This document shows, piece by piece, positions 1-11,491 of a stretch of 64,000 nt of DNA. This DNA comes from an uncultured Planctomycetaceae bacterium (GTDB lineage: Bacteria; Planctomycetota; Planctomycetia; Isosphaerales; Isosphaeraceae). The stretch is from positions 928,001 through 992,000 of the forward strand of contig CAWIAD010000002.1 of the NCBI GenBank assembly GCA_963833985.1, in the 5' to 3' direction. The first letter of the stretch is position 1. Each line of letters begins with the position of its first letter. The notes under the pieces were generated by a model, which did not search any database, had not been told where the DNA came from, and saw only the letters and a program-made list of their open reading frames with translations. Made by a program: the position numbers and the translations under genes.

Positions 1-285
1 CACGACGGCACGTGTTACCTGATCCTCCGCAGGACGTTCGACCCGGGATGGCTCTACCGGATCGACGGGAAGACGGCTCGTCCGGTCCTGAAGGTCAATG
101 GGGGTCTTCAGTGCATCCCCGTGACCGGTACCGGGCCGAGCCATGTCACGCTGGCCTATCAACCAGCCGCAATCTGGACTGGCGGCGTGCTCTCCGCGCT
201 GGCCACGGCGGCTGCGCTTCTTGTCCTGACTGTGGACATGGCCAGTACGTACCGCACGGCGGGCCGCCCCGTGCAATCTCCTTGA
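1..285 (+). CDS. 3' end of a membrane protein, YfhO-like C-terminus (partial)
   Basis: Frame 1 is open from the window edge: ...YLILRRTFDPGWLYRIDG...VNGGLQCIPV...HVTLAYQP, then a hydrophobic tail and TGA at 283-285. Not in the ORF track because it lacks a start. Confidence 0.6.
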   Translation, partial: HDGTCYLILRRTFDPGWLYRIDGKTARPVLKVNGGLQCIPVTGTGPSHVTLAYQPAAIWTGGVLSALATAAALLVLTVDMASTYRTAGRPVQSP

Positions 286-459
286 CGGGCTCTCGCGCTC
301 TGCCGGGGAGATGCCCGGACTTCTCCCGCGGTCTGGAATTCATTAGGCTGTGAGCGTGGATCGCCCGCGCCGTCAATGGTGCGCCATGGCAAGTCTCAGG
401 GGCCGGTGCGTTGCCCGCCTGTCTATCACCTGGAATTTGCGCGGATCTCAGGGGTATCC

Positions 460-3400
460 ATGAATACCGACCGGAATCTCCTCTTTGGAGTGCTTGCCTT
501 TCAGCAGGGGGTCATCGACGCGGACCGGCTGGCACAGACGATTGCTCCGGATTCAACCGCAACATCACTTCCGGTCGCAGACAAGCTCGTGGAGCAAGGA
601 TGCCTGACCGTCGAACAGAAGCAAGACCTTGAGAAGCTCCTGGAGCAAGCGATCCAGGCCCACCATGGCGATCCTGAGCAGACCCTGGCGGCGATGGTCG
701 ACGGCCGATGCCTGGACGCGCTGCGGAATGCCGGGCTGATGCGCCCCGAGCTGGAAGCAAGGCTCACGCTGGCTAACCAGCCGCCCGGTCCGGTCCGGAT
801 CGGCTCACTCAACCCGGAAGAGGGCGAGAGTCGAGAGCGCTACACGCGTACGCATCTCTACGCCAAGGGGGGCATGGGGCAGGTCTGGCTCGCACACGAC
901 CCGAGCCTGGGTCGTGAGATCGCGCTGAAAGAGCTCCATCCTGAGCAGGCGGGCATCGCGGCAGTCTGCTCGCGGTTCGTGGCCGAGGCGCGCGTCACCG
1001 CGAAGCTCGAGCATCCAGGCATCGTGCCGGTTTACGAGGTGGGCGAAGGCCACTTGCCGTACTACACGATGAGGTTCGTGAAGGGGGGAACGCTGGGCCA
1101 GGTGACCCGCAGCTACCACAAAGCCCGCATCGCCGGCAAGGCTGACCCGGTTGGCCTCGTCAAACTGCTGGGCGCGTTTGTCGGCGTATGCCATGCCGTG
1201 GCCTATGCCCACTCGCGCGGCTTCATCCATCGCGACCTCAAGGGTCAGAACATCGTGCTGGGAGAATTTGGTGAGGTCATCGTGCTGGACTGGGGCCTGG
1301 CCAGGCGAATCGATGCGGCCCCCGGCACAGGACGATCCAGGCCCTCCACGGATCCACACGTCCCCAATTCCTGCGCGGTTGACGCCACCACCGCCGCATT
1401 CACTTCTGACTCCGCGGAAACGCTGGCTGTGGAAAGGGAGACGCCGGCAGAGCGCCAGAACTGCGCGCCCTCGCCGCGGGACGTGCTCCTGGAGCGAACC
1501 GCGGAAGGGCAGGTGCTGGGCACTCCTGCCTACATGGCCCCGGAACAAGCTGAGGGAAGACAGCATCAGACCGATGCCCGCACGGACGTCTACGGACTGG
1601 GGGCCATTCTCTACGAGATCCTCACCGGCCAGCCTCCATTTCAAGCCAGGACGACCAGTGAGCTCCTTCAGAAGGTGCGGCGTGAGCCGCCCCGCCCGCC
1701 CCGTCAGCTCAACCCCGGCGTCGCTGCCGCGCTGGAGGCCGTTTGTCTCAAGGCCCTGTCCAAGACCCCCGAGCAGCGGTACCCCTCGGCGGGCGACCTG
1801 GCGCAGGAGATCCAACGCTACCTCGCCGACGAACCCGTGCTGGCGTACCCGGAGCCCTGGACCCGCCATGCGGCCCGGTGGTGCGCGCAAGCACCGGACC
1901 GCGGTCGTCACCGCGGCCTGCTTGCTGCTGGCGACCACCGCGGCACTGTCGATCAGCACCGTGCTGATTGCGCGTGAGCGCAACGAGGCGCAGACCCAGG
2001 CCGAGGCTCGCACGCCAGGCTGTTGATGATATGTACACAAAGGTTGCCGAAAACTGGCTCGAGGATCGGCTCGACCCGCTGCAACAACAGTTCCTTCAGA
2101 AGACGCTCGATTACTACGAGACGTTCACCAGCCGCTGGGCCAGCACTCCCGCGGTGGTTCTGGAGCACGGGATGGCCTATCAGCGGATGGGGGAGATCCA
2201 GCGCAAGCTGGGCCGGTATGACGAGGCCCAGCGCCTGTTCTCCCGAGCCCTGTTTCTGCTACGTCCACTGGCGGCTCAAAGCAACGTCGATTCCCGGCCG
2301 CGCCGCGCTCTGGGCGTCACGCTGGCGCGCCAGGGTGATCTGCTCTTCCGGCTGAACCTGATCGATGAAGCGGAGAACTTCCTTGGCGAGGCGGAAACAC
2401 AGCAGGAAGCCCTCCTGGCGAGCCCGGCAGCCACCAGCGCGGACCGCTGGCTGCTGGCTCGGACCGTGCGCGGCCAGGCCGAACTGCGGCGCCGAAAGGG
2501 CGACCTGCTGGCGGCCAGGCCGCTCGCCCTGCGCGCCTGCGACCTGCTCGAGCATGTGCAGACCGCCGATCCTGAAGCTCCGGAAGCGCGGAATGATCTG
2601 GCACAGGCCAACGATATCCTGGGCCGCATCGCCCGCGACCTGGGAGACAGCGAGCTCAACGAGCGCGCCCACCGCCGCTCTTACGGCCTGCTCGACCGCC
2701 TGGTCACCGAGTATCCGACCGTGCCGCGTTATCGCGAAGCGCTGGTTCACGCCTGCAACGGCCTGGGAAACCTGGAATATGAAACCGGCCGCCTGGGCGA
2801 TTGCGAGTCGCGCTGGAGACGCATGCTCGGCGAGGCCGAGCGAATGACTCAAGATTTTCCAGGTCGTCCTGAGTTCCAGCGCCTGCTAGCGGGTGCGTGC
2901 TCGAACCTGGGCGGCGTTCTGGCCGAGCAGGACCGCTTCGCGGAGGCCGAGCCCATCCTCAGGCGCAGCATCACGCTGGACTCCGGTCTGGCGAAGCAGA
3001 TGCCCGAGGATCGGGAGATCGACTTCGACCTGGGCAACTGCTACCACAACCTCGGCTATCTGCTGCTGAAACGGGGCCGTGCCGAAGAGGCTCTGGAGTC
3101 ACTCGCAAAGGGCGAGACGATCGAGCGCTCGCTGGTCCAGAAGCTTCCCCGCACACCCCGCTGCCGGCGCAGCCTGGCACTGATCCTGCGCTGGCGGGGA
3201 GACGCGCTGGAGCAACTGGGGCACCCCGGTGCTGATGCAGCGTACGGCGAGGGGGTCTCCATCCTCGAGAAGCTGACGGCGGAATTTCCCGCAAACGTGC
3301 TGTACCAGCTTGACCTGGCCCGGTGCCTGAACAAGCACGGAGAACAGATGGCCAAGGCCGGTCACAACGATCAGGCCGAGCGCGACTACCAGCAAGCGCT

Positions 3401-4260
3401 CGCCGCGTTGAGCGTGCAGAAGATCAAGGAATGGCCGCTGGAATGCCGTCGTGAGAAAGCCATGACCCTGAGCAACCAGGGTGTCTTCCGCCACGAGGCC
3501 CATCGTCTGGACGCCGAGGGACCCCTCCGCTCCTCCGTGCACCTGGCCCGAGAGCTTGCCTCCGGCAAGAATCCGGCCCACAAGGACCGGCAATACCTGG
3601 CGATTGCCCATAACAATCTGGGTGAGGCACTCCGCGACCGGGGCCGCAACGACGAAGCCTGGAGCGAGTTCCAGCAAGCCGTCGAGGGCCTGGACCACCT
3701 CGTGGCGGAACGTCCGGGTGTCGTGGAAGACCGCTTCTACCTGGGGTATATCAACGAGCAAATGAGCAAGCTGCTGGTCCAGATGAACCAACCGGCAGAG
3801 GCCAGGACCGCCCTGGCGAAGGCGGTGGCCAGCCAGAAAGAGGCTGTCAAGCTGACCGACGGACGATCCCCTCTCCATCGCGCCACGCTTGCAAGCCATC
3901 TGAAAGCACTCGCTGAGGTTTGCCTGCCTCTTCGCGACTATGACGCCGTACACCAGGCCGCAGTCGACCTTGCCAGGACGACCCCGGACCCCAGTGAGGG
4001 ATGCCTGAGCGCGGCCAGGTTGCTGGCCCGCTGCGCCAGCCAGCTTCAGGCAGACTTGAAGCTCACCACCGCGCAGGGAAGAGCTGGGCAGAAGGTTGCT
4101 GGGGCGCACCGTCGTGCTGCTGCGCGAGGCCGTCGACGCCAATTCCGCGCTGGCCAGCGTGATCGGCGGCGACCCCGTATTCAAGGAACTCCGCGATCGC
4201 CCCGAGTTCCAGACGATGCTGGGCAGCTTGGTTGACGTTGGACGTGCGGAGAGACGGTGA
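460..4260 (+). CDS. Hanks-type Ser/Thr protein kinase with TM segment and TPR repeats (frameshifts at ~1885, ~2010, ~4075)
   Basis: GGMGQVW, IALK, HPGIV, HRDLKGQN, DWGLA, GTPAYMAPEQ, DVYGLG. Continues in ORFs 1151..2026 and 1968..4235 (TPR-like), then ...DPVFKELRDRPEFQ...ERR* ending at 4260. The MNTDRNLLFG start is typical of planctomycete kinases. Confidence 0.9.
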
Positions 4261-4281
4261 TCGGGATGGGTCTGGGCCTCA

Positions 4282-4890
4282 TCATGCCCGACCGGACCGT
4301 TTTCGCCGCAAGTGATAGGCGATCGGCAGGCCGCAGCCGAGCCCGAGCAGGATGATCGATGTCGGTTCGGGAATCACCGTCAGCACGAACGATCCCGACT
4401 CGTTCACGGGGTTGCCGTTGATATCGTGGATCTTCGCGGTCCAGTCCACCGTCAGCGAATAGTGCGGGGGCAGCGTCGGCAAGGACATCGCGGTCAGCAC
4501 CGTGAACTGGCCCGTGAATTTATTGCCCGGTCCTGGGTTGGCGAATGGTGGCGAGTTGAAAGGCGTGGCAAGAGCGAACTCGATGTCCCCGCTATTATTC
4601 GGACTGCCCGCCCAGGGGCCAACCGGGTTACCGGCGATCGGTGCATTGTAGAATGAGCTCTGGTTGACTCCCGGCAATTTGTAGAGTGTGAACGAGTCGC
4701 CCGTCTCGAACTCGAAACCAGGCAAGAGAGAGACCTCAACGATGTATTCGTAAAACGGATCGCCGAGTGTCTTGATTCCCCCGCCTGTGATCTTCAGACC
4801 ACCAGCTTGTGCAGGACTTCCCGCTTGCAGGGTCCATGTGAACAGGGCAATCCCCAGGAGCCAGACCACGGCACAGTAGCGCGAGCGCAT
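4282..4890 (-). CDS. PEP-CTERM sorting domain protein
   Basis: Signal peptide MRSRYCAVVWLLGIALF...; C-terminal VIPEPTSIILLGLGCGLPIAYHLRRKR (PEP motif, TM helix, basic tail). Confidence 0.9.
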   Translation of the reverse strand: MRSRYCAVVWLLGIALFTWTLQAGSPAQAGGLKITGGGIKTLGDPFYEYIVEVSLLPGFEFETGDSFTLYKLPGVNQSSFYNAPIAGNPVGPWAGSPNNSGDIEFALATPFNSPPFANPGPGNKFTGQFTVLTAMSLPTLPPHYSLTVDWTAKIHDINGNPVNESGSFVLTVIPEPTSIILLGLGCGLPIAYHLRRKRSGRA

Positions 4891-5436
4891 GATTCTTCTC
4901 CGATCGTTCGATTCGTGAAACTTCGACGTCGTTTGCTGCGGACGGAACGTACGTTGCCGACCAGAGGCTGGCCTCGACTCAACCAAAGCGTCTTCGAGGA
5001 AAGGCAGGGGTATCGGCCTGCGCGGCAACGGGCGTGAGCCTTCCGACTGTAAGCAATCCATCCAGATTGTCACAAGCATGTATCGCTTGCATGGTGATTG
5101 ATGGAAACATCGACGCCGGGACGATCGATTCTCTGAAGCAAACTGCCGTGCGCTGGGGCTACCGTCAGAGCCACTTCTGCTGGGCGGACCGCGCAGGCAA
5201 GTTACCGAAGATTTCACGGACGCTGCCGGCATCTTTGACGCTTCTTATCTCTTGTGGCACGCCTTCCTTCCCGCCTGGTAGAGCCGCGGCTCTGACGATT
5301 CTCGCCTGTTCGGGCGAGTTTCGGCTTCGCGAACCTGCCCGCGGTCCCGTAAAATCGATTTCATTCCCGTGGCGGTACGGACACAATTTGGCCCTCGGCC
5401 CGGTGGTTCCCCTTGAGCAGCCAACCGACCTTTGCG

Positions 5437-8079
5437 ATGGCCAGCCGGATGACTCAACCCGGGAAGGGCGCGCGCCCGAGGCCCGCACGACGTCAGCCGG
5501 CTGTGCACCTGCTAGCGCTGGCCATTCTCCTGGTGGGCTGTGCCACCGGCCTGGCAGAGGCGCCGAATGCGGAATCATTCCTCGATCGGGTCCAGCCCGT
5601 TCTGGACGAGCATTGCCTGTCGTGCCATGACGATATCCAGAAAAAAGGAAGACTGAGCTTCGAAGGCATGGAGGCCGATGCCAGTCGCCTGGCCAATCGC
5701 GACCTCTGGTGGGGCGTGCTCAAGAACGTGCGTGCCGGCATCATGCCGCCGGTCAGCCAGCCGCGCCTTGACGGCAAGAGCCAGCGTGCGCTGGAAGACT
5801 GGATCAAGTTCCAGGCGTTCGGCATCGACCCGGGCGACCTCGACCCGGGCCGCGTCACGGTCCGCAGGCTCAACCGGATCGAATACCGCAACACGATTCG
5901 CGACCTGCTCGGCGTGGTCTACGATACAAACGCCGAATTCCCGCCCGATGATGCGGGCCACGGGTTCGACAACATCGGCGATGTCCTGACCATGTCTCCC
6001 CTGCTCCTGGAGAAATACATCGCCGCGGCCAACAGCGTCATCACCAAGGTTGTGCCCATGGCGCCCAAGGCCGTGGTGGACAAGGTCCTGCCGGGCGACT
6101 CGTTCCATCATTCCGGCACGGGCAAAGGTCCCGCGCCTCCGAGGAAGAACCCATCCGCTCTCTCCCTGTCCTATTACAAGGAGGCAACTGCCGCGCGCAC
6201 GTTTCAGGCGGAGCACTCGGGACGCTACCGCCTCATCCTCGATCTGACGGCCACGGAGCGCTTCGTCGACGGCGTCTTCGATTACAACCGGTGCCGGATC
6301 ATCTTCAAGGTGGACGGAGTCGAGCGGCTACGGCGCGAGCTGAGCCGGCAGGACAATAAGACCTACCGCGACGAGCTAGAGCAGAACTGGCCGGCCGGCC
6401 CGCACGCGCTTGCTCTTGAGCTCGTGCCGCTGACGCCCGGCGAGAAGCAAGTTCGCTCGCTGTCGGTGCGGCTCAACTCGGTGACGGTCCGCGGCCCATT
6501 CGAGGAGCAATACTGGGCACAGCCCGCCAGCTACCGACAGTTCTTCCCCCGGGATGTACCCACCGACCCTGCCTCGCAGCGCCGCTATGCCCGCGAAATC
6601 CTCAAGCCCTTCGCCGCCAGGGCGTTTCGCCGTCCGGTCGATGAAGCCACGCTCGATCGGCTGGTAACGGTGGCCCAGGCCGCCAGTACCGACCCCGGGC
6701 AGACGTTTGAATCGGGTATCGCCCGGGCCATGATGGTGGTCCTGGCCTCGCCCCGCTTCGTCTTCCGGGAGGAGGCGATCGAACCGAGCTCGGCGGACCG
6801 GTATCCGCTCATCGACGAGTACGCGCTGGCCACCCGGCTGTCGTATTTCCTCTGGTCGACGATGCCCGACAGCGAGCTCTTCCGTCTCGCCGCGGAACAC
6901 AAGCTGCGGGCCAGCTTGCCCGCACAGCTCCACCGGCTGCTCGCCGATCCGCGTTCCGGCGAGTTCTTCCGTCACTTCGTCGGCCAGTGGCTCCAGACCC
7001 GCGATGTCGACACGGTGCTGATCAACGCCGCGGCCGTGCTGGCTCACGACGCGCCCCGTGATCCGGCGGCCGAGCGGCTGCGGGCCCGCTTCCGCGAGCT
7101 CAACCGCAAGCCACTCGAGAGTCTCTCGGCGAAGGAGAAAGACGAGCTCAAGGAAGTACGCACCACCTTTTTCCGGTCGTTTCGCCGGTTCCGCGAGTTC
7201 GAGCTGTCGGGAGATCTGCGCCAGGCGATCCGGCAAGAGACCGAGATGCTCTTCGAGCACATCGTCCGCCAGGACCGCAGCGCGCTGGAGCTGCTTGACA
7301 GCGACTACACGTTCCTCAATGAGCGGCTGGCGAAGCACTATGGGATCTCCGGGGTGACCGGTGACGCGATGCGGCTGGTGAAGCTGGCGCCTGAAACGGG
7401 GCGCGGCGGACTCTTGACGCAGGCGACCATGCTCATCGTGACCTCGAACCCGGACCGCACATCCCCCGTGAAGCGCGGCCTGTACATTCTTGAGAATGTG
7501 CTGGGAGTTCCGCCGCCCCCGCCCCCGCCGGACATACCGCCCCTGGAAGCCGCCAGCAAGAAGATCGCCGGGCGGAACCCCACGCTCCGGGAATCGCTGG
7601 CCGTGCACCGCGCCACGGCCTCCTGCGCGGCCTGCCACAACCGGATGGATCCCCTCGGGCTGGCACTCGAGAACTACAATGCCCTGGGGCGCTGGCGCGA
7701 GAAGGACAGCGGCCAGCCGATTGACGCCTCCGGCAAGCTCGTCACGGGCGAGACCTTCAGCGGCGTGGGCGAACTGAAGCGGATCCTGGTGGATCGCTAT
7801 CGCCGTGACTTCTATCGCTGCCTGAGCGAGAAAATGCTCACGTACGCCCTGGGCCGCGGCCTGGAGTGCGGTGACGTGGAGGCCGTCGACAGGCTGGTGG
7901 AGCGGATCGAAGCCGCCGGCGGGCGTCCCTCGGCTCTTCTTGAGGGCATCGTGGAGTCGATACCATTTCAGAGACGCCGCCGGCTCGATGCCGACCTTTC
8001 CGGCAAGCCGGTTCCGCGAACGACAGTAGGCACCAAGCCAGAAACCGACACGGGGCCAAACCATGACGCCAGAGGTTGA
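5437..8079 (+). CDS. DUF1592/DUF1588-type planctomycete cytochrome-c-like protein
   Basis: CLSCH and CAACH heme motifs, RRLNRIEYRNTIRDLLG, LATRLSYFLWSTMPD, TSPVKRG, LTYALGR. Start may be 5449. Confidence 0.9.
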   Translation: MASRMTQPGKGARPRPARRQPAVHLLALAILLVGCATGLAEAPNAESFLDRVQPVLDEHCLSCHDDIQKKGRLSFEGMEADASRLANRDLWWGVLKNVRAGIMPPVSQPRLDGKSQRALEDWIKFQAFGIDPGDLDPGRVTVRRLNRIEYRNTIRDLLGVVYDTNAEFPPDDAGHGFDNIGDVLTMSPLLLEKYIAAANSVITKVVPMAPKAVVDKVLPGDSFHHSGTGKGPAPPRKNPSALSLSYYKEATAARTFQAEHSGRYRLILDLTATERFVDGVFDYNRCRIIFKVDGVERLRRELSRQDNKTYRDELEQNWPAGPHALALELVPLTPGEKQVRSLSVRLNSVTVRGPFEEQYWAQPASYRQFFPRDVPTDPASQRRYAREILKPFAARAFRRPVDEATLDRLVTVAQAASTDPGQTFESGIARAMMVVLASPRFVFREEAIEPSSADRYPLIDEYALATRLSYFLWSTMPDSELFRLAAEHKLRASLPAQLHRLLADPRSGEFFRHFVGQWLQTRDVDTVLINAAAVLAHDAPRDPAAERLRARFRELNRKPLESLSAKEKDELKEVRTTFFRSFRRFREFELSGDLRQAIRQETEMLFEHIVRQDRSALELLDSDYTFLNERLAKHYGISGVTGDAMRLVKLAPETGRGGLLTQATMLIVTSNPDRTSPVKRGLYILENVLGVPPPPPPPDIPPLEAASKKIAGRNPTLRESLAVHRATASCAACHNRMDPLGLALENYNALGRWREKDSGQPIDASGKLVTGETFSGVGELKRILVDRYRRDFYRCLSEKMLTYALGRGLECGDVEAVDRLVERIEAAGGRPSALLEGIVESIPFQRRRRLDADLSGKPVPRTTVGTKPETDTGPNHDARG

Positions 8080-9469
8080 GCAGAATCACGTGAGCATCGC
8101 TCATGGTCGCGCGGGTTGGAATCGTCGCCAGGTGCTGCGCGGGCTCGGTGCCTGGATCGCGCTGCCGGCTCTGGAATCATTGCGGCCGGCCAGCTTGCTT
8201 GCGGCCGGGGCTTCCCCGGAGCAGCGCCTGGCCGTCACGGCAACCGGCGCACCGTTGCGGACGGCCTTCGTCTATTTCCCGAACGGGGCGATCCCGGCCT
8301 CGTGGTGGCCCAAACAGGAAGGGTCGAAGCCGGAGCTCAGCCGCACGCTCCAGCCGCTGGAAAGCAGTCGTGGGCTGTTACAGGTGCTCGGCGGCCTGAA
8401 CCACCACACGGCGGAGGGCGGTCCGGACGGTCCCGGCGATCATGCGCGGGGCAATGGCACCTTCCTCACCGGGGTCCGTCTCAAGAAGAGCGCCACCGAT
8501 CTGCGGGCGGGGATCTCCTTCGATCAGGTTCTGGCTCACAGGTTCGGCCATCTCACCCGGTTTCCGTCTCTCGAGCTCGCCTGCGAGACGGCCCGCAAGA
8601 GCGGGGCCTGCGATTCCGGCTACTCGTGCGCGTACCAGTACAACCTGTCCTGGAGCTCGCCAACCACGCCGGTACCGCCCGAGTCCAACCCCCGGCTCGT
8701 CTTCGAACGGCTTTTTGGCACCGGTTCGCACGGCGAGCGCCGCGCCCATCTGAAACAGCGGAGAGTCGAGCAGCGGTCGATCCTCGACCTGGTCCTCGAC
8801 GATGCGCGGTCGATGCAGAAGCGGCTGGACTCTCCCGACCGGCAGAAGCTGGACCAGTACCTGACCAGCGTCCGCGAAGTGGAAACGCGGATCGAGCGGG
8901 AGGAGCGGTTCGGCGAGGTGCCGGATCCCGACAGGGAGACGCCGGCTGGCGTTCCCCCCGAATATGGTGATTACATCCAGCTCATGTTCGACATGCTGGT
9001 GCTGGCGTTCCAGACCGATTCGACCCGGATCGCCACCTTCCTGCTGGCCCACGATGGCAGCAACCGGTCCTTCGACCATATCGGCATCTTCGAGGGCCAC
9101 CACGACCTGACGCATCACCAGAACCGGCCCGAGTGGGTCGAGAAGGTCGCGGAGATCGACCTCTGGTACGCCAAGCAGTTCGCCCGGTTCCTCGACAAGC
9201 TGCAAGCCACCAGGGACCTTGACGGCCAAAGCCTGCTGCAAAACGCGATGATCGTCTACGGCAGCGGCAACGCCGACGGCAACCGCCACACCCATGTCAA
9301 CCTGCCCGTTGTGCTGGCCGGCGGAGGCGGCGGGACGCTCCAGCCAGGCCGCTTCATCAAGCACGGCTCGCAGCCGATGACGAACCTGTTCCTGGGTATG
9401 GCCGACCGCCTGGGTGTGCGCGACCTGAGCCGCTTCGGCGACTCGACGAAGCCGCTGGAGAATATCTAA
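8063..9469 (+). CDS. DUF1552 family protein (partner of DUF1592)
   Basis: Tat-like NRRQVLRG, FVYFPNG, CDSGYSCAY, NPRLVFERLFG, GHHDLTHH; overlaps the upstream gene. Confidence 0.9.
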   Translation: MTPEVEQNHVSIAHGRAGWNRRQVLRGLGAWIALPALESLRPASLLAAGASPEQRLAVTATGAPLRTAFVYFPNGAIPASWWPKQEGSKPELSRTLQPLESSRGLLQVLGGLNHHTAEGGPDGPGDHARGNGTFLTGVRLKKSATDLRAGISFDQVLAHRFGHLTRFPSLELACETARKSGACDSGYSCAYQYNLSWSSPTTPVPPESNPRLVFERLFGTGSHGERRAHLKQRRVEQRSILDLVLDDARSMQKRLDSPDRQKLDQYLTSVREVETRIEREERFGEVPDPDRETPAGVPPEYGDYIQLMFDMLVLAFQTDSTRIATFLLAHDGSNRSFDHIGIFEGHHDLTHHQNRPEWVEKVAEIDLWYAKQFARFLDKLQATRDLDGQSLLQNAMIVYGSGNADGNRHTHVNLPVVLAGGGGGTLQPGRFIKHGSQPMTNLFLGMADRLGVRDLSRFGDSTKPLENI

Positions 9470-9521
9470 GGGCAGTTGGCAGTGGTTGTTTATCTCAACT
9501 AGATTGACCTCTGGATGTGAG

Positions 9522-10406
9522 ATGATGTCAATTCGCCCGTGCTTCATCGTCGCTCTTTTCTGCCCGCTTCCAGCGCTCCAGGGCGGGGAACCGGCGGAGG
9601 TTCCGCTCTGGCCCGGGGGCGCTCCGGGATTCGAGAGCCGTAAGGACGACCGACCTACGGCCAAGGATTACTGGATTGCCAATATCCACAACCCATCGCT
9701 GACGGTTTATTTGCCTCCCAGGGAGAAAGCCAGCGGCGCCGCGATGGTGATTTGCCCGGGCGGCGGGCACCGGCTGCTGGTGTTCAAGGCCGAGGGTGAC
9801 GAGCCGGCCCGCTACCTGAATCAACTGGGCGTGGCGGCGTTCGTGCTCAAGTACCGTCTCGGCCGCGAGCCGAACTCGCCCTACTCCATCGAGAAACACG
9901 CCCTGCAAGACGGCCAGCGCGCCATGCGACTGGTCCGCAGCCGCGCCGGCGAGTGGGGCGTCGATCCACACCGCGTGGGCATTATGGGATTCTCAGCCGG
10001 TGGCGAGGTGGCGTCGATGGTGACATACACTCCGGGCAAGGGGGACCCAAACGCTCCCGACCCGATCGACCGCCAGAGCAGCCGCCCGGACTTCGAGGTG
10101 CTCATCTATCCGGGCCCACTTGGAATCCCCGAGGTCATTCCTGCCGATGCGCCGCCCGCTTTCATGCTGGTGGCCAATGATGACCGGGGCGCTTCACGTG
10201 TGATCACCGGCCTTGTCCCGAAGTATCGCGCTGCCGGTGTTCCCGTCGAGGCACATCTCCTCGCCCGAGGCGGCCATGGCTTCAACATGGGCAACCGCTC
10301 AAGGCTGGAGTCGGTCCGGAAATGGCCCGAGCGCCTGGCCGACTGGCTTCATGACAGCGGTGTCCTCGATCCCGCTCAGTCGTCCAGGGACGGCGGCCGG
10401 CGCTGA
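9522..10406 (+). CDS. alpha/beta hydrolase (xylan esterase/BD-FAE-like)
   Basis: ICPGGGH, GIMGFSAGG nucleophile elbow, RPDF, GGHGF. Confidence 0.85.
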   Translation: MMSIRPCFIVALFCPLPALQGGEPAEVPLWPGGAPGFESRKDDRPTAKDYWIANIHNPSLTVYLPPREKASGAAMVICPGGGHRLLVFKAEGDEPARYLNQLGVAAFVLKYRLGREPNSPYSIEKHALQDGQRAMRLVRSRAGEWGVDPHRVGIMGFSAGGEVASMVTYTPGKGDPNAPDPIDRQSSRPDFEVLIYPGPLGIPEVIPADAPPAFMLVANDDRGASRVITGLVPKYRAAGVPVEAHLLARGGHGFNMGNRSRLESVRKWPERLADWLHDSGVLDPAQSSRDGGRR

Positions 10407-10421
10407 ATCGCGCGGGGTCGA

Positions 10422-11243
10422 TCAAACCAGGGTGATCTGAACAATCTCGGGGCGGCACAGGAACCGGACGGGCGGACCCACGGTGCCAACGCCTCGCGAG
10501 ACGAACACCTGGAAGCTCGGGGCTTGTACCAGGCCGTGGAGATACTTCTGCCCGTAGCGCGAGGGCACGACCGGGGCGCCGAATCCAGGAACGACCACCT
10601 GGCCCCCGTGAGTGTGCCCGCTCAGCATCAGGCCGACACGCTCATCGTGGAGCACCTCGGCATAGTCTGGATTGTGTGAGAGCATGATGACCGCATCTCG
10701 GTCCGTGGCGTCAGCCAGCGCGGCACGGGGATCCTGGCTGTCCGTCCAGAGGTCGCCCACTCCGCAGATACGCAGGCGGCCTGCACGATGCTCGAACCAG
10801 AAACCCGTGTTGTCGGTCAGCGAGAATCCCGCCCCGGCCAGCGCTTGCCGCGAGATCGGGGCGCTTTCCCAGTGGTCATGGTTGCCCAGCACGGCCAACC
10901 GCCCGAGCCGCGCCTTGAGCTTACTCAGGGCCTCGATTCCTGGCTCGATGTACCGGCGGTGGTGTGCAACATAGTCACCCGAAAGTAGCACGAGATCGGC
11001 ATCGAGTGAGTTGGCGGCGTTCACGATGTCCCTGATATACCCCAGGGGCACGAACGGGCCGTGGTGAATGTCCGAGAGGTGTAGCACCCTCATGCCGCGT
11101 AACGAGGAGGGCAGGTTCGGCAAGGCGATCGTCCGCCGCACCAGCCGGCACCATCTGGCCTCGAGGAACGGGTAAGCGCCTGCGGCTGTTGCCGATGCCA
11201 GTGCGGTCGCTCCGGCGATCCTGAGGAATTTGCGTCGCTCCAT
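10422..11243 (-). CDS. Metallophosphoesterase (YkuE/YaeI-like) with Tat-like signal
   Basis: SDIHHG, SGDY, GNHD, SHNPD, SGHTHGGQ, SRGVG; N-terminal MERRKFL. Confidence 0.9.
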   Translation of the reverse strand: MERRKFLRIAGATALASATAAGAYPFLEARWCRLVRRTIALPNLPSSLRGMRVLHLSDIHHGPFVPLGYIRDIVNAANSLDADLVLLSGDYVAHHRRYIEPGIEALSKLKARLGRLAVLGNHDHWESAPISRQALAGAGFSLTDNTGFWFEHRAGRLRICGVGDLWTDSQDPRAALADATDRDAVIMLSHNPDYAEVLHDERVGLMLSGHTHGGQVVVPGFGAPVVPSRYGQKYLHGLVQAPSFQVFVSRGVGTVGPPVRFLCRPEIVQITLV

Positions 11244-11491
11244 CGTCGTGTGGATCTCCTCGATGCATGAGCATCCGTGCATTACATGACAGACTGTCTC
11301 CGGCCCGATCCGATCATGCCCGATCCCTGCTCGAAACGCCAGGCGAAGTGATGCCGACACCGAGCCGGCTCAAGGGGCTGTCTCTGGTTCCGGTTGACGG
11401 TGATCAGTCCTGGCCGTTACGATCGCCTGAGATGACCGCTGCTTCGATCGGGATCCGGCCAATGCGCTTACCCCTAATCTAAATTGCTGCA

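Noticed and set aside
5255..5270. TGGCAC as a sigma54 promoter for the DUF1592 gene
   Set aside because: No TTGC/GC at the -12 position.
5437..9469. DUF1592/DUF1552 pair as a novel system
   Set aside because: Function is unknown, but this is a well-known, highly paralogous planctomycete gene pair with nothing locally unusual.
6376..9664. Long antisense ORFs opposite the DUF1592/DUF1552 genes (similar ones at 15425..16825 and 49618..50814)
   Set aside because: Antisense shadows of GC3-rich genes with no recognisable motifs.
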